Assembly: GCA_017441705.1 (NCBI GenBank)
Contig: JAFRWU010000044.1
Location: 43,042 to 107,041, forward strand
Reading direction: 5' to 3'
DNA from: Clostridia bacterium
GTDB lineage: Bacteria > Bacillota > Clostridia > Oscillospirales > QAMX01
DNA length: 64,000 nucleotides
The notes under the pieces were generated by a model, which was given only the letters and a program-made list of their open reading frames with translations, did not search any database and was not told where the DNA came from. How positions within the stretch are numbered: the stretch's first letter is position 1; each line of letters opens with the position of its first letter. A program made the translations under genes and the position numbers. Of the stretch, positions 37,914 through 48,100 are shown in pieces.

Positions 37914-38675
37914 TCAAACGTTCTCCTTTCTTTCTCCCGCGGAGCGCTTCTTCCTGCCGGCAAGAGTCTTGACTTCCTCTTCCGTGAGAAAGCGCCAGGA
38001 ACCGGTCCTGATTCCGGCAACGCTGATACCGCCGATGGAGACGCGCACGAGTCTTCTGACCTTCAGTCCGCAGGCCTCGCACATGCGGCGTATCTCCCGG
38101 TTGTGCCCTTCGGCGATCGTGACGAGGATCCTGGCGCCGTCGTCAAACTGATCTCTGATCACGGCGCGGGCGGGAGACGCATGATACGCAAGCGTCCCGT
38201 CCTCCTCAAAGATGTCCATTCCCTTCGACATTTCACGAACGGCGGCCTTTGCGTCGCCCGTGACGGTGACCAGGTAGCTCTTTTCGACTCCGTGCGACGG
38301 ATGTGACACGACGTTGGCCCATTCGCCGTCGTTGGTCAGAAGCAGCAGGCCTTCGGAATCCATATCCAGCCTTCCCACCGGGAAGAGCCGCGCCCGGATC
38401 CCGGGGACCAGCTCCGTTACGTTCTTTCTCCCTTTTTCGTCCGAGAGCGTGGTCACGTATCCGCGGGGCTTGTTGAGCGCCACGTAGGTCTTCTTCGGAC
38501 GGTTCTCCAGCCGTTTTCCCCCGATTTCGATCTTGTCACGATCCGGATCGGCCGAAGAACCGAGCTCCGCAGTCCTTCCGTTGACGCGCACCTTTCCTTC
38601 GGCGATCAGCGACTCCGCCGCCCGGCGGGAGACGCCGTGGGCCGCCGCAATGATTTTCTGCAGTCTTTCTTTCAT
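37914..38675 (-). CDS. rluB: 23S rRNA pseudouridine synthase, RluB/RsuA family
   Basis: S4 domain (RLQKIIAAAHGVSRRAAESLIAEGKVRVNG) and catalytic GRLDMDSEGLLLLTNDG. Confidence 0.88.
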   Translation of the reverse strand: MKERLQKIIAAAHGVSRRAAESLIAEGKVRVNGRTAELGSSADPDRDKIEIGGKRLENRPKKTYVALNKPRGYVTTLSDEKGRKNVTELVPGIRARLFPVGRLDMDSEGLLLLTNDGEWANVVSHPSHGVEKSYLVTVTGDAKAAVREMSKGMDIFEEDGTLAYHASPARAVIRDQFDDGARILVTIAEGHNREIRRMCEACGLKVRRLVRVSIGGISVAGIRTGSWRFLTEEEVKTLAGRKKRSAGERKENV

Positions 38676-38708
38676 GATTTCGTCTCCGTATCGTATGCCT
38701 GCCGTACG

Positions 38709-39620
38709 TCAGATCGTCTCGGAGGCAAGAAGCTCCCGGATCTGCCAGTCCTTGAGTTTCGCGACCTTTTCATAGATGGATACGTAGTTTTCATGGCGGA
38801 CGCGATCGATCGCGCCTTCTTCCACCGCACGGATCACGGCGCAGTCTTCTTCCCGGGTATGGGCGCAGTCGTCGTAGCGGCATCCCTGCAGGTAAGGCCG
38901 GAATTCGGCAAAGCAGGAAGCGATCCTCTTTTTGTCATAGAGCATCATCTGCACCGGATCCACATGGGAAAACCCGGGGGTATCCACCACGTACCCGCCC
39001 TTTTTGTCGGAGAAGAGCTCCACGTGACGGGTGGTATGTCTGCCTCTTCCGATGCGTTCGCTGATACGGGAGGTCTTGACGTGAAATTCCGGCAGCGCCA
39101 GATTCAGAAGGCTGGATTTTCCGACGCCGGAGGATCCGGCGAACACCGTGATCCCCTCTCCCACGCTCTTCCGGAACTCTTCGATCCCCTCTCCGGTTTT
39201 CGTGCTGGTCAGAAAGACGTCGTATCCCGCTCTGCGGTATACCGCGGCAAGCGCTTCTCCCGGGACGGCATCGATCTTGTTGACGACGACGGCAGGCGTG
39301 ATGCCGTTGTACTCGGCCGCGGCGATCAGCGTATCCAGAGCCAGCCGGTCTGTCACCGGCGGCGCCATCGAAGCGATCACGCACAGCCGCGAGACGTTTG
39401 CGACAGGCGGACGGATCAGATAATTCTTCCGGTCCAGAATGCTCTCAATAAGATGCTCGTCACCCTCTGCTCTGCGGAAGGTGACGAGATCCCCCGCAAG
39501 AGGGAAACGTCCGTCAAGCCGGAATTTCCCCCTTGCGCGGCAAATATACTGTTTCCCGTCGTCCGCCATGACCGTCATGCGGTCTCCCGTGGAGCGGACG
39601 ATCCTGCCCCGATTCATCAT
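38709..39620 (-). CDS. rsgA: ribosome small-subunit-dependent GTPase A
   Basis: Circularly permuted GTPase: VVNKIDAV (G4) precedes GSSGVGKSSLLN (G1). C-terminal Zn cluster C..C.H....C (YLQGCRYDDCAHTREEDCAV). The start shares one nt with the prkC stop. Confidence 0.9.
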   Translation of the reverse strand: MMNRGRIVRSTGDRMTVMADDGKQYICRARGKFRLDGRFPLAGDLVTFRRAEGDEHLIESILDRKNYLIRPPVANVSRLCVIASMAPPVTDRLALDTLIAAAEYNGITPAVVVNKIDAVPGEALAAVYRRAGYDVFLTSTKTGEGIEEFRKSVGEGITVFAGSSGVGKSSLLNLALPEFHVKTSRISERIGRGRHTTRHVELFSDKKGGYVVDTPGFSHVDPVQMMLYDKKRIASCFAEFRPYLQGCRYDDCAHTREEDCAVIRAVEEGAIDRVRHENYVSIYEKVAKLKDWQIRELLASETI

Positions 39621-41764
39621 TATTTGAATTCTTCCACGTAGGTCGTAAACAGTTCTCCGTTGATTTCCACTTCGAATTTGCAGCTTTCGCCCTTTTTCCC
39701 TTCGATCTTGATGGGAATATCGGGGCTTTCGATGGTCACGTTGGCTCCGAACCAGACGGTGACGCCGTTGGCCTTGATCATGACCTGGAAGGTCTGTCCC
39801 GCGCTGAATTCCGAGGCGAGCGCTTTCGGCTGGAAGGAATAATTCGCCACGCCGATCGACTCGTCTCCGGTTTCGGAGTCGGGCGCGGATCCGCTTTCGC
39901 TTTCAGAGGAGGTATCCGGCTCGCTGGTCGGTTCGGAATCCGGCGGCGTTTCGCTGTCCGGTTCGCTGGTCGGCTCGGAATCCGGCGGCGTTTCGCTGTC
40001 GGGCTCCGACGTCGGTTCAGGACCCTTGCTGACGATCAGGTCAACCTTTTCGCCTTCCTTGACAAAGCTCTCCTTGGCGATGGACTGGCCGATGACGGTG
40101 CCGACCGGAGCCTCGTCGTCATATTCCTCGATGACCTGATCGAAGGGGATCTTGCGGTCGGTAAGCAGCTTGATGGCGTCCACAAGCTTTTTCCCCTCGA
40201 GATCCGGCATGATCGGCGGCTGCTCGCTTTCGCCGGAGCTGATCACCACCTTGACGGTGTCGTTGCTGCGGATCGGCGTGCCGAGTTCCGGCTCGGTACG
40301 GATCACCTCGTTCATCGGAACGGTTTCAGATACTTCGTATTTGGGCTCGATCACGACGTTCATGATCTTGTTCTGCATAAACAGGGTCGAGAGCTTGTTC
40401 GCGGCTTCGGTATAGTTCATCCCGACCACGTCGATCATATTGATCTCGCGGATGCCGAGACTGATATCGACCTTGACGGTGGCGTTGCTCTTGACGGTGG
40501 ATCCGGCGATGGGATTCTGTCCGATGATCGTGCCTTCCTCCTGATCCTCGCTGAAGGTTTCCTCGCCTTTTTTGAGCTTCAGGAACTGATACTGCTCGTT
40601 GGAAGCAAGGAGTTCGGCCGCTTCCTCGTAGGTCTTGCCCACCAGATTCGGGAGCTCCACCGGTTCTCCGGTGTCGGTGCCGCAGCCTTTCAGAAGCGAA
40701 AGGAACACGACCACGGCGACGACCATAAAGATCAGGGCGGAAAGGATCCCCGCCACCACCGGCAGCTTTTCATTGTATTTGAACCGCGCCTTCTGCCGCC
40801 GAAGCTTCGGATGCTCCGCCTTGTAATTGCCCTTTTCGTCCTCTTCTATGGCGCCGACCACCTTGGTGGGAAGGGTCTCCTCCTTTTCCTTGTCGCTTTC
40901 TTCGCTCTCTTTATAGAGGCCGACGGGGCTCAGAGGATTGGATTTGTAGTTTTCGAGATCGGCAAGCATCTCCGTCGCGGAGGAATACCGGTCGTCCGGC
41001 TGCGTCGCCATCGCCTTGAGGATGATGGCTTCCATGCCCGGTGTGACGTGAGGGTTCTTTGCCGACGGAGACGGCGGTTCGGCGGACAGATGCTGGATCG
41101 CCACCGCCACCGGCGTGTCGCCGGTGAACGGGAGCTCGCCGGTCATCATCTCATACATGATGATGCCGACCGAGTAAAGATCCGCTCTGCCGTCGGTGGC
41201 GCTTCCCTTCGCCTGTTCCGGCGCGATATAATGCACCGAGCCGAAGGCGTTCTGGCTCGTAGCCGAGGTCTGCTGATGATTGGCCATGCGGGCGATGCCG
41301 AAATCGGTCACCTTCACCGTACCGTCGCGCAGGATCATGACGTTCTGCGGCTTGATGTCCCGATGGATGATATTGCGGGAATGCGCATGCTCCAGCGCCT
41401 TCAGGATCTGAGTGATGAAATGCTCCATCTCGGCCTCGGTGAGGACGCCGCGCTGCTGCATATACTGCTTCAGAGTGATCCCGTCGATCAGTTCCATCAC
41501 AAAGTATTCCATGCGGCGGGTGATGCTGACGTCGAAAATATTGACGATATTGGGATGACTCAGAGCGGCGACAGCCTCCGCTTCTGTGTGGAAACGGCTT
41601 CTGAGATCCTCATCCTCCAGTATTTCGTCCTTCAGTATCTTAACGGCCACAAACCGGTTCAGCTTGACGTCGCGGGCCTTGTAGACCACCGCCATGCCGC
41701 CGGTGCCGATGATTTCCAGCATTTCGTAACGGTCGTCCAGTACCGTTCCCAAATAATTCGCCAT
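39620..41764 (-). CDS. prkC: Ser/Thr protein kinase PrkC with three PASTA repeats, a repeat linker and an extra C-terminal domain
   Basis: Hanks kinase motifs VAVKIL, HRDIKPQN, DFGIA, APEQ. TM helix VVAGILSALIFMVVAVVVFLSLL. Three PASTA-like units (PNLVGKTYEEA.., IDVVGMNYTEA.., PDLEGKKLVDA..). Confidence 0.93.
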   Translation of the reverse strand: MANYLGTVLDDRYEMLEIIGTGGMAVVYKARDVKLNRFVAVKILKDEILEDEDLRSRFHTEAEAVAALSHPNIVNIFDVSITRRMEYFVMELIDGITLKQYMQQRGVLTEAEMEHFITQILKALEHAHSRNIIHRDIKPQNVMILRDGTVKVTDFGIARMANHQQTSATSQNAFGSVHYIAPEQAKGSATDGRADLYSVGIIMYEMMTGELPFTGDTPVAVAIQHLSAEPPSPSAKNPHVTPGMEAIILKAMATQPDDRYSSATEMLADLENYKSNPLSPVGLYKESEESDKEKEETLPTKVVGAIEEDEKGNYKAEHPKLRRQKARFKYNEKLPVVAGILSALIFMVVAVVVFLSLLKGCGTDTGEPVELPNLVGKTYEEAAELLASNEQYQFLKLKKGEETFSEDQEEGTIIGQNPIAGSTVKSNATVKVDISLGIREINMIDVVGMNYTEAANKLSTLFMQNKIMNVVIEPKYEVSETVPMNEVIRTEPELGTPIRSNDTVKVVISSGESEQPPIMPDLEGKKLVDAIKLLTDRKIPFDQVIEEYDDEAPVGTVIGQSIAKESFVKEGEKVDLIVSKGPEPTSEPDSETPPDSEPTSEPDSETPPDSEPTSEPDTSSESESGSAPDSETGDESIGVANYSFQPKALASEFSAGQTFQVMIKANGVTVWFGANVTIESPDIPIKIEGKKGESCKFEVEINGELFTTYVEEFK
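39917..40018. repeat. 42-bp in-frame tandem repeat (2 full copies plus a partial third) inside prkC
   Basis: Copies 39917-39958 and 39959-40000 differ at 2 positions. They encode EPTSEPDSETPPDS twice, then EPTSEPD. Confidence 0.9.
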
Positions 41765-41802
41765 CTTTCAGCACGGTCCTTTCTTTGGCTGACGCGAATC
41801 GC

Positions 41803-42534
41803 TTACATGCGGAAGAGAATGACCGTGATGTTGTCCCGGCCGCCCTCTTCGTTCGCATCGTTCACAAGCTTTTCGCAAGCCGCTTCTTCGCTTTCCGCAG
41901 AGAGGACGGTTTCCAGGATCTCCTCATCGGAAAGCATATTGGTAAGCCCGTCGGAACAGAGGAGAAGGTACTCCCCCTCTGACATGGCGAGCTTGAAGAT
42001 ATCCCCGTACACCTCGGGATCGGTGCCCACGGCACGGGTGATGATATTCTTGTTGGGATAGGTGTCAAACTGTTCCCTGGTGATAGTGCCGCTGCGGTAA
42101 AGATCGCCGGCAAGGGAATGATCGTCGGTGATCTGGTGGATCGTTTCGTCGATTTTATAGGTGCGGCTGTCCCCCACGTTGACCACGTAAGCGGCGCCGC
42201 CGATCACAAGCGCGGCGGTCAGGGTCGTCCCCATGCCCATATAGGCGGGATCGGATACCGCACGGGCAAAAACGGCGCGGTTCGCCGCCGTCACGGCGTT
42301 GCGCAGGATAAGAACGATCTCCTCTCCGCTGCTGTCCTCCCCGATCGCTTCCCATACGAAATCCGAGAAGCTTTCAATGGCCAGGCGCGAAGCCTCGCGG
42401 CCGCCGTTTACGCCGCCCATCCCGTCGCAAACCACCAGCAGAGCGATATTCTTTTCATAGTCAAGCCTGACGTAACTGTTGTCCTGATTTTCTCTTCTCT
42501 TTTTGCCGATATCGGTCTTGCTCCATGCCTGCAC
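41803..42534 (-). CDS. stp: PP2C-family Ser/Thr phosphatase (Stp/PrpC)
   Basis: RRENQD, VCDGMGGVNGG, LLLCSDGLTN, GGRDNITVILF. Confidence 0.92.
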   Translation of the reverse strand: MQAWSKTDIGKKRRENQDNSYVRLDYEKNIALLVVCDGMGGVNGGREASRLAIESFSDFVWEAIGEDSSGEEIVLILRNAVTAANRAVFARAVSDPAYMGMGTTLTAALVIGGAAYVVNVGDSRTYKIDETIHQITDDHSLAGDLYRSGTITREQFDTYPNKNIITRAVGTDPEVYGDIFKLAMSEGEYLLLCSDGLTNMLSDEEILETVLSAESEEAACEKLVNDANEEGGRDNITVILFRM

Positions 42535-42675
42535 AGGTCTTCCCTCCTTCTGGCCAAGAATCCGGCCGTTTGCGGGATACGCCGGATATGGGACCTGTTT
42601 TCATGCGGGGCGGGTACATCCCGTGCGGAAACCGTCTCCGGGCATCAAAGCCGGATTCGGATCCACATTATATTT

Positions 42676-42704
42676 ATTATAGCTTCCCGGGCGAATCTTG
42701 TCAA
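42676..42704 (-). promoter_or_regulatory. sigma-A type promoter for stp-prkC
   Basis: Minus strand: TTGACA (42704-42699), 17 nt, TATAAT (42681-42676). The leader is ~135 nt. Confidence 0.6.
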
Positions 42705-42734
42705 CACCTTTCGCCCTTCTCCGCGCCATGCCTC

Positions 42735-43286
42735 TCACGCATTCTTCCTGAGCTTCGCAAAGGACATGGTGACTGCGCGGAAGCTTTCAAGAAGCTTTTC
42801 GGCATACGCGGGATCGGGGATCAGCCCCCCGGCGATCAGATCTTCGCCGAGAGCGGCCTTCAGCGTCGGGACCAGATCGGGAAGGGGTCCCGGCATGACC
42901 TCCACAAAGTCGGGAGACGCGCGCCCGACCGCCTCGGCGCTGCGGGCCAGGGCAAAGCTGTCGATCAGGAAGATGCGCTGGATCGCCGTGACGCGTTTCC
43001 GCTTCAGCGCCGAGATCACGGCAGGCTTGATGGAGATCGCTCCGGCCGGGGCATATTTCTGCGACACGTATTCCGCGCCGTATTCGTCATCGGAAAGCCC
43101 GTTGATCCGGTCGATGTGCAGAATGATCTTCTTGTCTTTTTCGGCCGCTCCCCGGAACGCGCCGTCCAGCAGCGAAAGATGCACGTTCATCAGAACGCAT
43201 ACCGGAAGGTCGCTTGCCAGAAATTCCTTGTAATTCCGGATCCCGTCCACCGCCGGGATCACGCCGCGGACGTATTCGTTATCCAT
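42735..43286 (-). CDS. glpP: GlpP-family (glycerol-3-phosphate responsive) antiterminator
   Basis: VIPAVDGIRNY..., HIDRINGLSDDEYG, AIQRIFLIDSFAL, PDFVEVMPGP and LIAGGLI follow the GlpP pattern as I remember it. Confidence 0.72.
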   Translation of the reverse strand: MDNEYVRGVIPAVDGIRNYKEFLASDLPVCVLMNVHLSLLDGAFRGAAEKDKKIILHIDRINGLSDDEYGAEYVSQKYAPAGAISIKPAVISALKRKRVTAIQRIFLIDSFALARSAEAVGRASPDFVEVMPGPLPDLVPTLKAALGEDLIAGGLIPDPAYAEKLLESFRAVTMSFAKLRKNA

Positions 43287-43292
43287 ATCGCG

Positions 43293-45161
43293 TCACCTTT
43301 CGTTTTTTTGATAAAGAAACGCTCCCAGAGGCGGCACCGTCATCTGTCCCTTCCGGAATAACGCGCCGGTCATCAGATCCTTCGCGTCGAAGGGCAGTTC
43401 GAACGCCTCTTCCTTTTCGCCCGCGTTCATAAAAAGGCCAACGCCCTTCCGCCAGGAAAGCGCCAGGCGCACGCCCTTCGCTTCCCGCCAGACCGGCCTC
43501 GCCCGGGAAAAGGTCCCGATCGTTTCCCGGAGCTTCGCCAGCTTCCGGTACCACTGAAGGATATCCCGGTCGAGATCCTCCGGAAGGAAAAACGCGCGGT
43601 TCGCGGGATCCTCCAGCCCTTCCATACCGCCCTCGTCTCCGTAATAAACCGTCGGAGAGCCGAGATGCGTGAAGAGAAGGACCGACGCAAGCTTCAGCCG
43701 CTTTTCAGCCAGACGTCTTCTGTCCGGCGGCAGGCGGAAAACGGCTCTTTCCCGGAGATCCTCCGGCGCGAGCTGCTCCGCGCCGCCCAGGACCGAAAGG
43801 ATGCGCGGCGTGTCGTGCGTGCCCAAAAGATTCATCAGGGACCTTTCGACCCGGTATGGATAGTTTTCCGAAATCTGAAGCAGTATATCCCTGAAGGTTT
43901 CGGCGTCCCCGTTCAAAAGATAGACGAGAACGGCGTTCCGGAAGGGATAGTTCATCACCCCGTCCAGTTCGTCCCCCAGAAGGTAGGCGCGTCTTTTCCC
44001 GTATGCGATCTTGACCGACGCGTCTTCCCAGACCTCGCCCAGAAGAAAAGCGTCTTCTTTTTCCCGTTTCGCGGCCTTTCGGATCTCGCGGATAAAATCG
44101 TCCGGCAGCTCGTCGGCCACGTCGAGCCGCCATCCGGCGGCGCCGAGTCTGAGCCATTTCCTGACGACCCCGTCTTTTCCCGTGATGAACCGGCGGAAGG
44201 AGGGCGCATCCTCGTTGACGGCAGGCAGGATCTTCACGTCCCACCAGCAGGCGTAATCGTCCGGGAAATGCCGGAATTCATACCAATCAAAATACGGCGA
44301 GCTTTTTCCCTGATAAGCCCCGGGCAAAGGATAGCGTCCGTATTTGTTGAAGTAGACGCTGTCGTCGCCGGTGTGGTTGAACACGCCGTCCAGCATGACG
44401 CGTATGCCCGCTTTCTCTGCCTTTTGGCATAACGCCCGGAAATCCTCCTCGTTTCCCAGCATGGGATCCACCGTGAGGTAATCGGCCGTGTCGTACCGGT
44501 GGTTGGAATGCGCCGAGAAGATCGGGTTGAGATAAATCGTCCCGACGCCGAGAGAACGAAGATACGGAAGTCTCTCCGCGATCCCCTGAAGATTGCCGCC
44601 GTAGAAATAGTCGTTGGGAACGTCCCCTCCCGGCAGGACGGTCTTATATGGCTTCTCACGCAGATCGGACACCAGACGCCTTCCCGGGACCTCTTTCCTT
44701 TTTCCGGAAAAGGCGAAGCGGTCCGGGAAAATCTGATAGGTGATCCCGTCGCCGAACCAATCCGGGACTTCCGCGCCGCGATCGAAGACCGTGAAGCTGA
44801 AGGGCACGTAACCGTCGTAGGTCAGGATCCCCTCCCCGCCGCGGTATTCCTCCCGGGCGCCGTAATAGGCGACCGATACTTGGGTGGTGACGCGGAAGGC
44901 GTAATGATAAAGACCCGGCTCAAAAAGGCGCAGCTTCACCCGGTAAAGATCCCGCGCCCCTTCGCTTTTCTCCCAGCGGAGCGCGTATGGGCGCGCTTCT
45001 TCCCGGTCGTCCCGGCGAAGGAGCAGCTCCACCGCAAGCGGCGCCATACGGCGGCTGACCGACAGCCGCAGGACGATCCTCCCTCCGGACGCAGCGGCGC
45101 CGAAGGGCTTCTTGAAGCGTTTATTCTGCGAGTCGTAATAGAGCAAAAGCTCGGAGTCCAT
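43293..45161 (-). CDS. glycoside hydrolase family 13 (neopullulanase/cyclomaltodextrinase-like alpha-glucosidase)
   Basis: GH13 regions I VMLDGVFNHTG, II GWRLDVADE, III LLGEVWE, IV LLGTHDTPR. N-terminal beta-sandwich. ATG 45161 avoids overlap with addA. The track start is TTG 45182. Confidence 0.88.
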   Translation of the reverse strand: MDSELLLYYDSQNKRFKKPFGAAASGGRIVLRLSVSRRMAPLAVELLLRRDDREEARPYALRWEKSEGARDLYRVKLRLFEPGLYHYAFRVTTQVSVAYYGAREEYRGGEGILTYDGYVPFSFTVFDRGAEVPDWFGDGITYQIFPDRFAFSGKRKEVPGRRLVSDLREKPYKTVLPGGDVPNDYFYGGNLQGIAERLPYLRSLGVGTIYLNPIFSAHSNHRYDTADYLTVDPMLGNEEDFRALCQKAEKAGIRVMLDGVFNHTGDDSVYFNKYGRYPLPGAYQGKSSPYFDWYEFRHFPDDYACWWDVKILPAVNEDAPSFRRFITGKDGVVRKWLRLGAAGWRLDVADELPDDFIREIRKAAKREKEDAFLLGEVWEDASVKIAYGKRRAYLLGDELDGVMNYPFRNAVLVYLLNGDAETFRDILLQISENYPYRVERSLMNLLGTHDTPRILSVLGGAEQLAPEDLRERAVFRLPPDRRRLAEKRLKLASVLLFTHLGSPTVYYGDEGGMEGLEDPANRAFFLPEDLDRDILQWYRKLAKLRETIGTFSRARPVWREAKGVRLALSWRKGVGLFMNAGEKEEAFELPFDAKDLMTGALFRKGQMTVPPLGAFLYQKNER

Positions 45162-45165
45162 AGAG

Positions 45166-48100
45166 TCAGGACCTTTCTTCAATGATATCCGGCGTCGGTT
45201 CCTTCACCGGGCATCCTTTTCCGTACCGGGTGAACCAGATCCACCGTTCTCTGACGGGAAGACCGGTCATGCGGGTCAAAGCCCCGGCATACACTGAAAG
45301 CTGGCGGTCGTATCCGTTTTTCAGGATATGATCCTCCGGCGTCTCTCCCGGCAGGAGCCGGTCGGTTTTGTAATCGATCAGGATCAGCCCGTCCGCTTCT
45401 TCAAAGGCGGCGTCCACGATCCCCTGCAGAAGGATCGTTTCTCCCTTGCCGGCGAGCTTTGGATCCAGCTTTCCGGCGTCCTCGGTCAAAGTGAATTTCA
45501 GTTCGCGGTAGACCTTTTCCGCTTTCCGGAACCTTTTGCCGAGCGGGGAATCGAAAAACCGCCGAAGCGCTTCCCCGTCGACGCTCTCCCGCTCGGTCCG
45601 GGAAAGGAAGCGTTCCCTTTCCATCCGGTCGAGTTCTTCCGCAATCTCCTCCGGCGCGGAGACCTTGCCGAAATCGATCAGGCGCAGAGCGAGATGCACC
45701 GCGTTTCCTCTTTCCGAAGCGGTGAGGCTTTTTTCGGTCATGAAGGCCGGCCGACGGGACTCACGGTGCGGCGGCGGATCGTTTCCTTCCGGATCCTTGA
45801 ACAGCTCACGGTTTTTCACTGAGTTTTTGATCTCCGTGGCCGTGGTTTTGGTGGAAAGCTCCTCCGCTTCGGGATAAGGATAGGGGGTGAAAAGATCCTT
45901 CGGCCAGGTGAATCCTCCCCGTTCCTCCGGCGATTCCCCGGCGGGAGAAGGATCGGTCGTTTCTTCCGCCTCGACCGGTTTCAGGTGAAAGGTCACAAGC
46001 CCGCCGGACGCCGCCGTCAGATCGGGGACGAGTCCCGAAAGCAGCGCGTTTTTGACTTTGTCCCTATCCAGCACCGCCGCCATCACCCAATCGGCGAAGG
46101 TATGGAAGGGAGAGACGTGATCCTCCGGCCGGTCGAGATCGGCCAGCGCGCCGAGGGTTTTCATCGCGTCTTCCGATACCGCGAAAAGCGCGAATCTTTC
46201 CCGTGCGCGCGTCATGGCGACGTAGAGGATCCGCAGCTCTTCGGCCGTCGCCTCCTTCCGCCGGGCACAGTTCACGGCTTCGTACGTAAGCGTGGAATAA
46301 CGGATCTCTTTTTCCTGGGAATGAAGCTTGAATCCGAATCCTACGGTCTTGTCGAAATTCACCGCTTCGCGGTTCCGTTCGCCGAGCACGTCGGTGAAGC
46401 TCTCCGCCAGGATGACCACGGGGAATTCCAGCCCCTTCGATTTATGGATGGTCATGATCCTGACCGCGTCCTTGCCCGACGCGGGGGACACGCCTTCCGG
46501 CTCCCGGCCGTTCTCCACCGCCAGCGCCGCTCCGCGCAGGAATGCGGAAAGGCCTCCGGCGGCCTCGTATTCTTCGGCCGCCGACGCGATGCGGTAGACG
46601 TTCTGAAGTCTCGCCTCGCCGTCCTCTCCCGCCCTCATCAGGGAGGAAAGCGCCAGCTCGTCATAGATCCCGCGGATCAGGAGCCCCAGGCGTTTTTCGG
46701 TTTTTTCCCGGCGCCACCGGTCCAGCTTATCCAGAAACTCATGGGCTCTTTCGTCCCCCTCCTTGTCTCTCTGGCGCAGAGCGCGGATCAGCGGCTCTTT
46801 TTTCAGCGCGGCGCGCACGTGCGCGAGATCCTCCGGGCTGAAGCCGAACGGCGGAGACGTGAGGAGGGTAAGAAGCGCCACGTCGTTGTAGGGGTTATCC
46901 ACCACCGCCAGAAGATTCAGGACAAATTCTCCCTCCGGCGAGGAATACAGTCCCACCGCGCCTTCGGCGGAAACCGGAACGCCTTCCTCCCGGAAGGCCT
47001 TTTCGTAGAGCTCCAGTCTCCCCTTTCCGCTTCTCAGAAGGACCGCCGCGTCCCGGTAGCTCATAGGCCGTTCTCCGTCTTTGTCCGGGATGATCGTCCC
47101 GCGTCCGACAAGCGATTTCACGTACCGGGCGATTTCTCTCGCTTCATACGCGCGCCGGTCGTCGGCGCTTCCCTTCTGCGACAGCAGGAAGATCTCCGCC
47201 GGATGGCTTTCGGACGGCGCGCGTCCCCGATAGAGATACTGATCCCGATCGTAGACAAGCCCGCCCCATTCTCCGGTCATCAGGCGGGAAAACACCCGGT
47301 TGACCGCTTCGATCACGCCGTCCGCCGAGCGGTAATTCAGGTTCAGCGTCTGCTTTCTTGCGCCGGAAGAAGCTTCGGAAAGAGGCTTATAGGCGGCAAG
47401 CTTATCCACAAAGCCCTTTGGCTCCGCGTAGCGGAAGCCGTAAATACTCTGTTTGACGTCTCCCACCATGATCAGGTTTTTCCGGTCTCGCGTCACGGCG
47501 CGGAAGATCTCATCCTGCAGGCTGTTGGTATCCTGATACTCGTCGACGATCACCTCGTCGTACCGCTCCGCAAGGCGGATCGCCTCTTCGGTGAGAACGT
47601 GTTCTCCCGACGGCGTCCGTCTCCAAAGAAGGCCGTAAACGTACTGAGAAACGTCGTCGAATTCGAGGACGCGCTTTTCGGTCTTTTTGCGAAGGAACCT
47701 CTCCGAAAAGGCAAGCACGAGCCTTTCGAGCTCCGCGGCGGCCGGCCTCAGCGCCTCGATCGCTTCCCGGCAGGCCTCTTCGTCGGCGGCAAAGAGCTTC
47801 GCGTCCTTTTTGATCTCCTCCTTCAGCCGGTCGCGCAGGGTTTTGTAGGCTGCGCGGCGCGCCTTCGTTTCCTCCGGCACATTCCGCTTCCCGGAGGGGA
47901 AGGTCGGAAATTCAAATCCCCGGAGGACCGCGCGGAACCGGTCCCAGTCGTACCCGGTATCCTGTGCGGCGGCAAGCCGCGCTTTTTCCTCCCTCAGCAG
48001 GGAAAGATGCGCCTCCAGTCCCTCCGGTTCCCGCAGGATCCCGCGCTCCATTTCCTCATAAGCCGCAAGGTAACGAAGGAGGCTTCGTTTGGCCTCGTCC

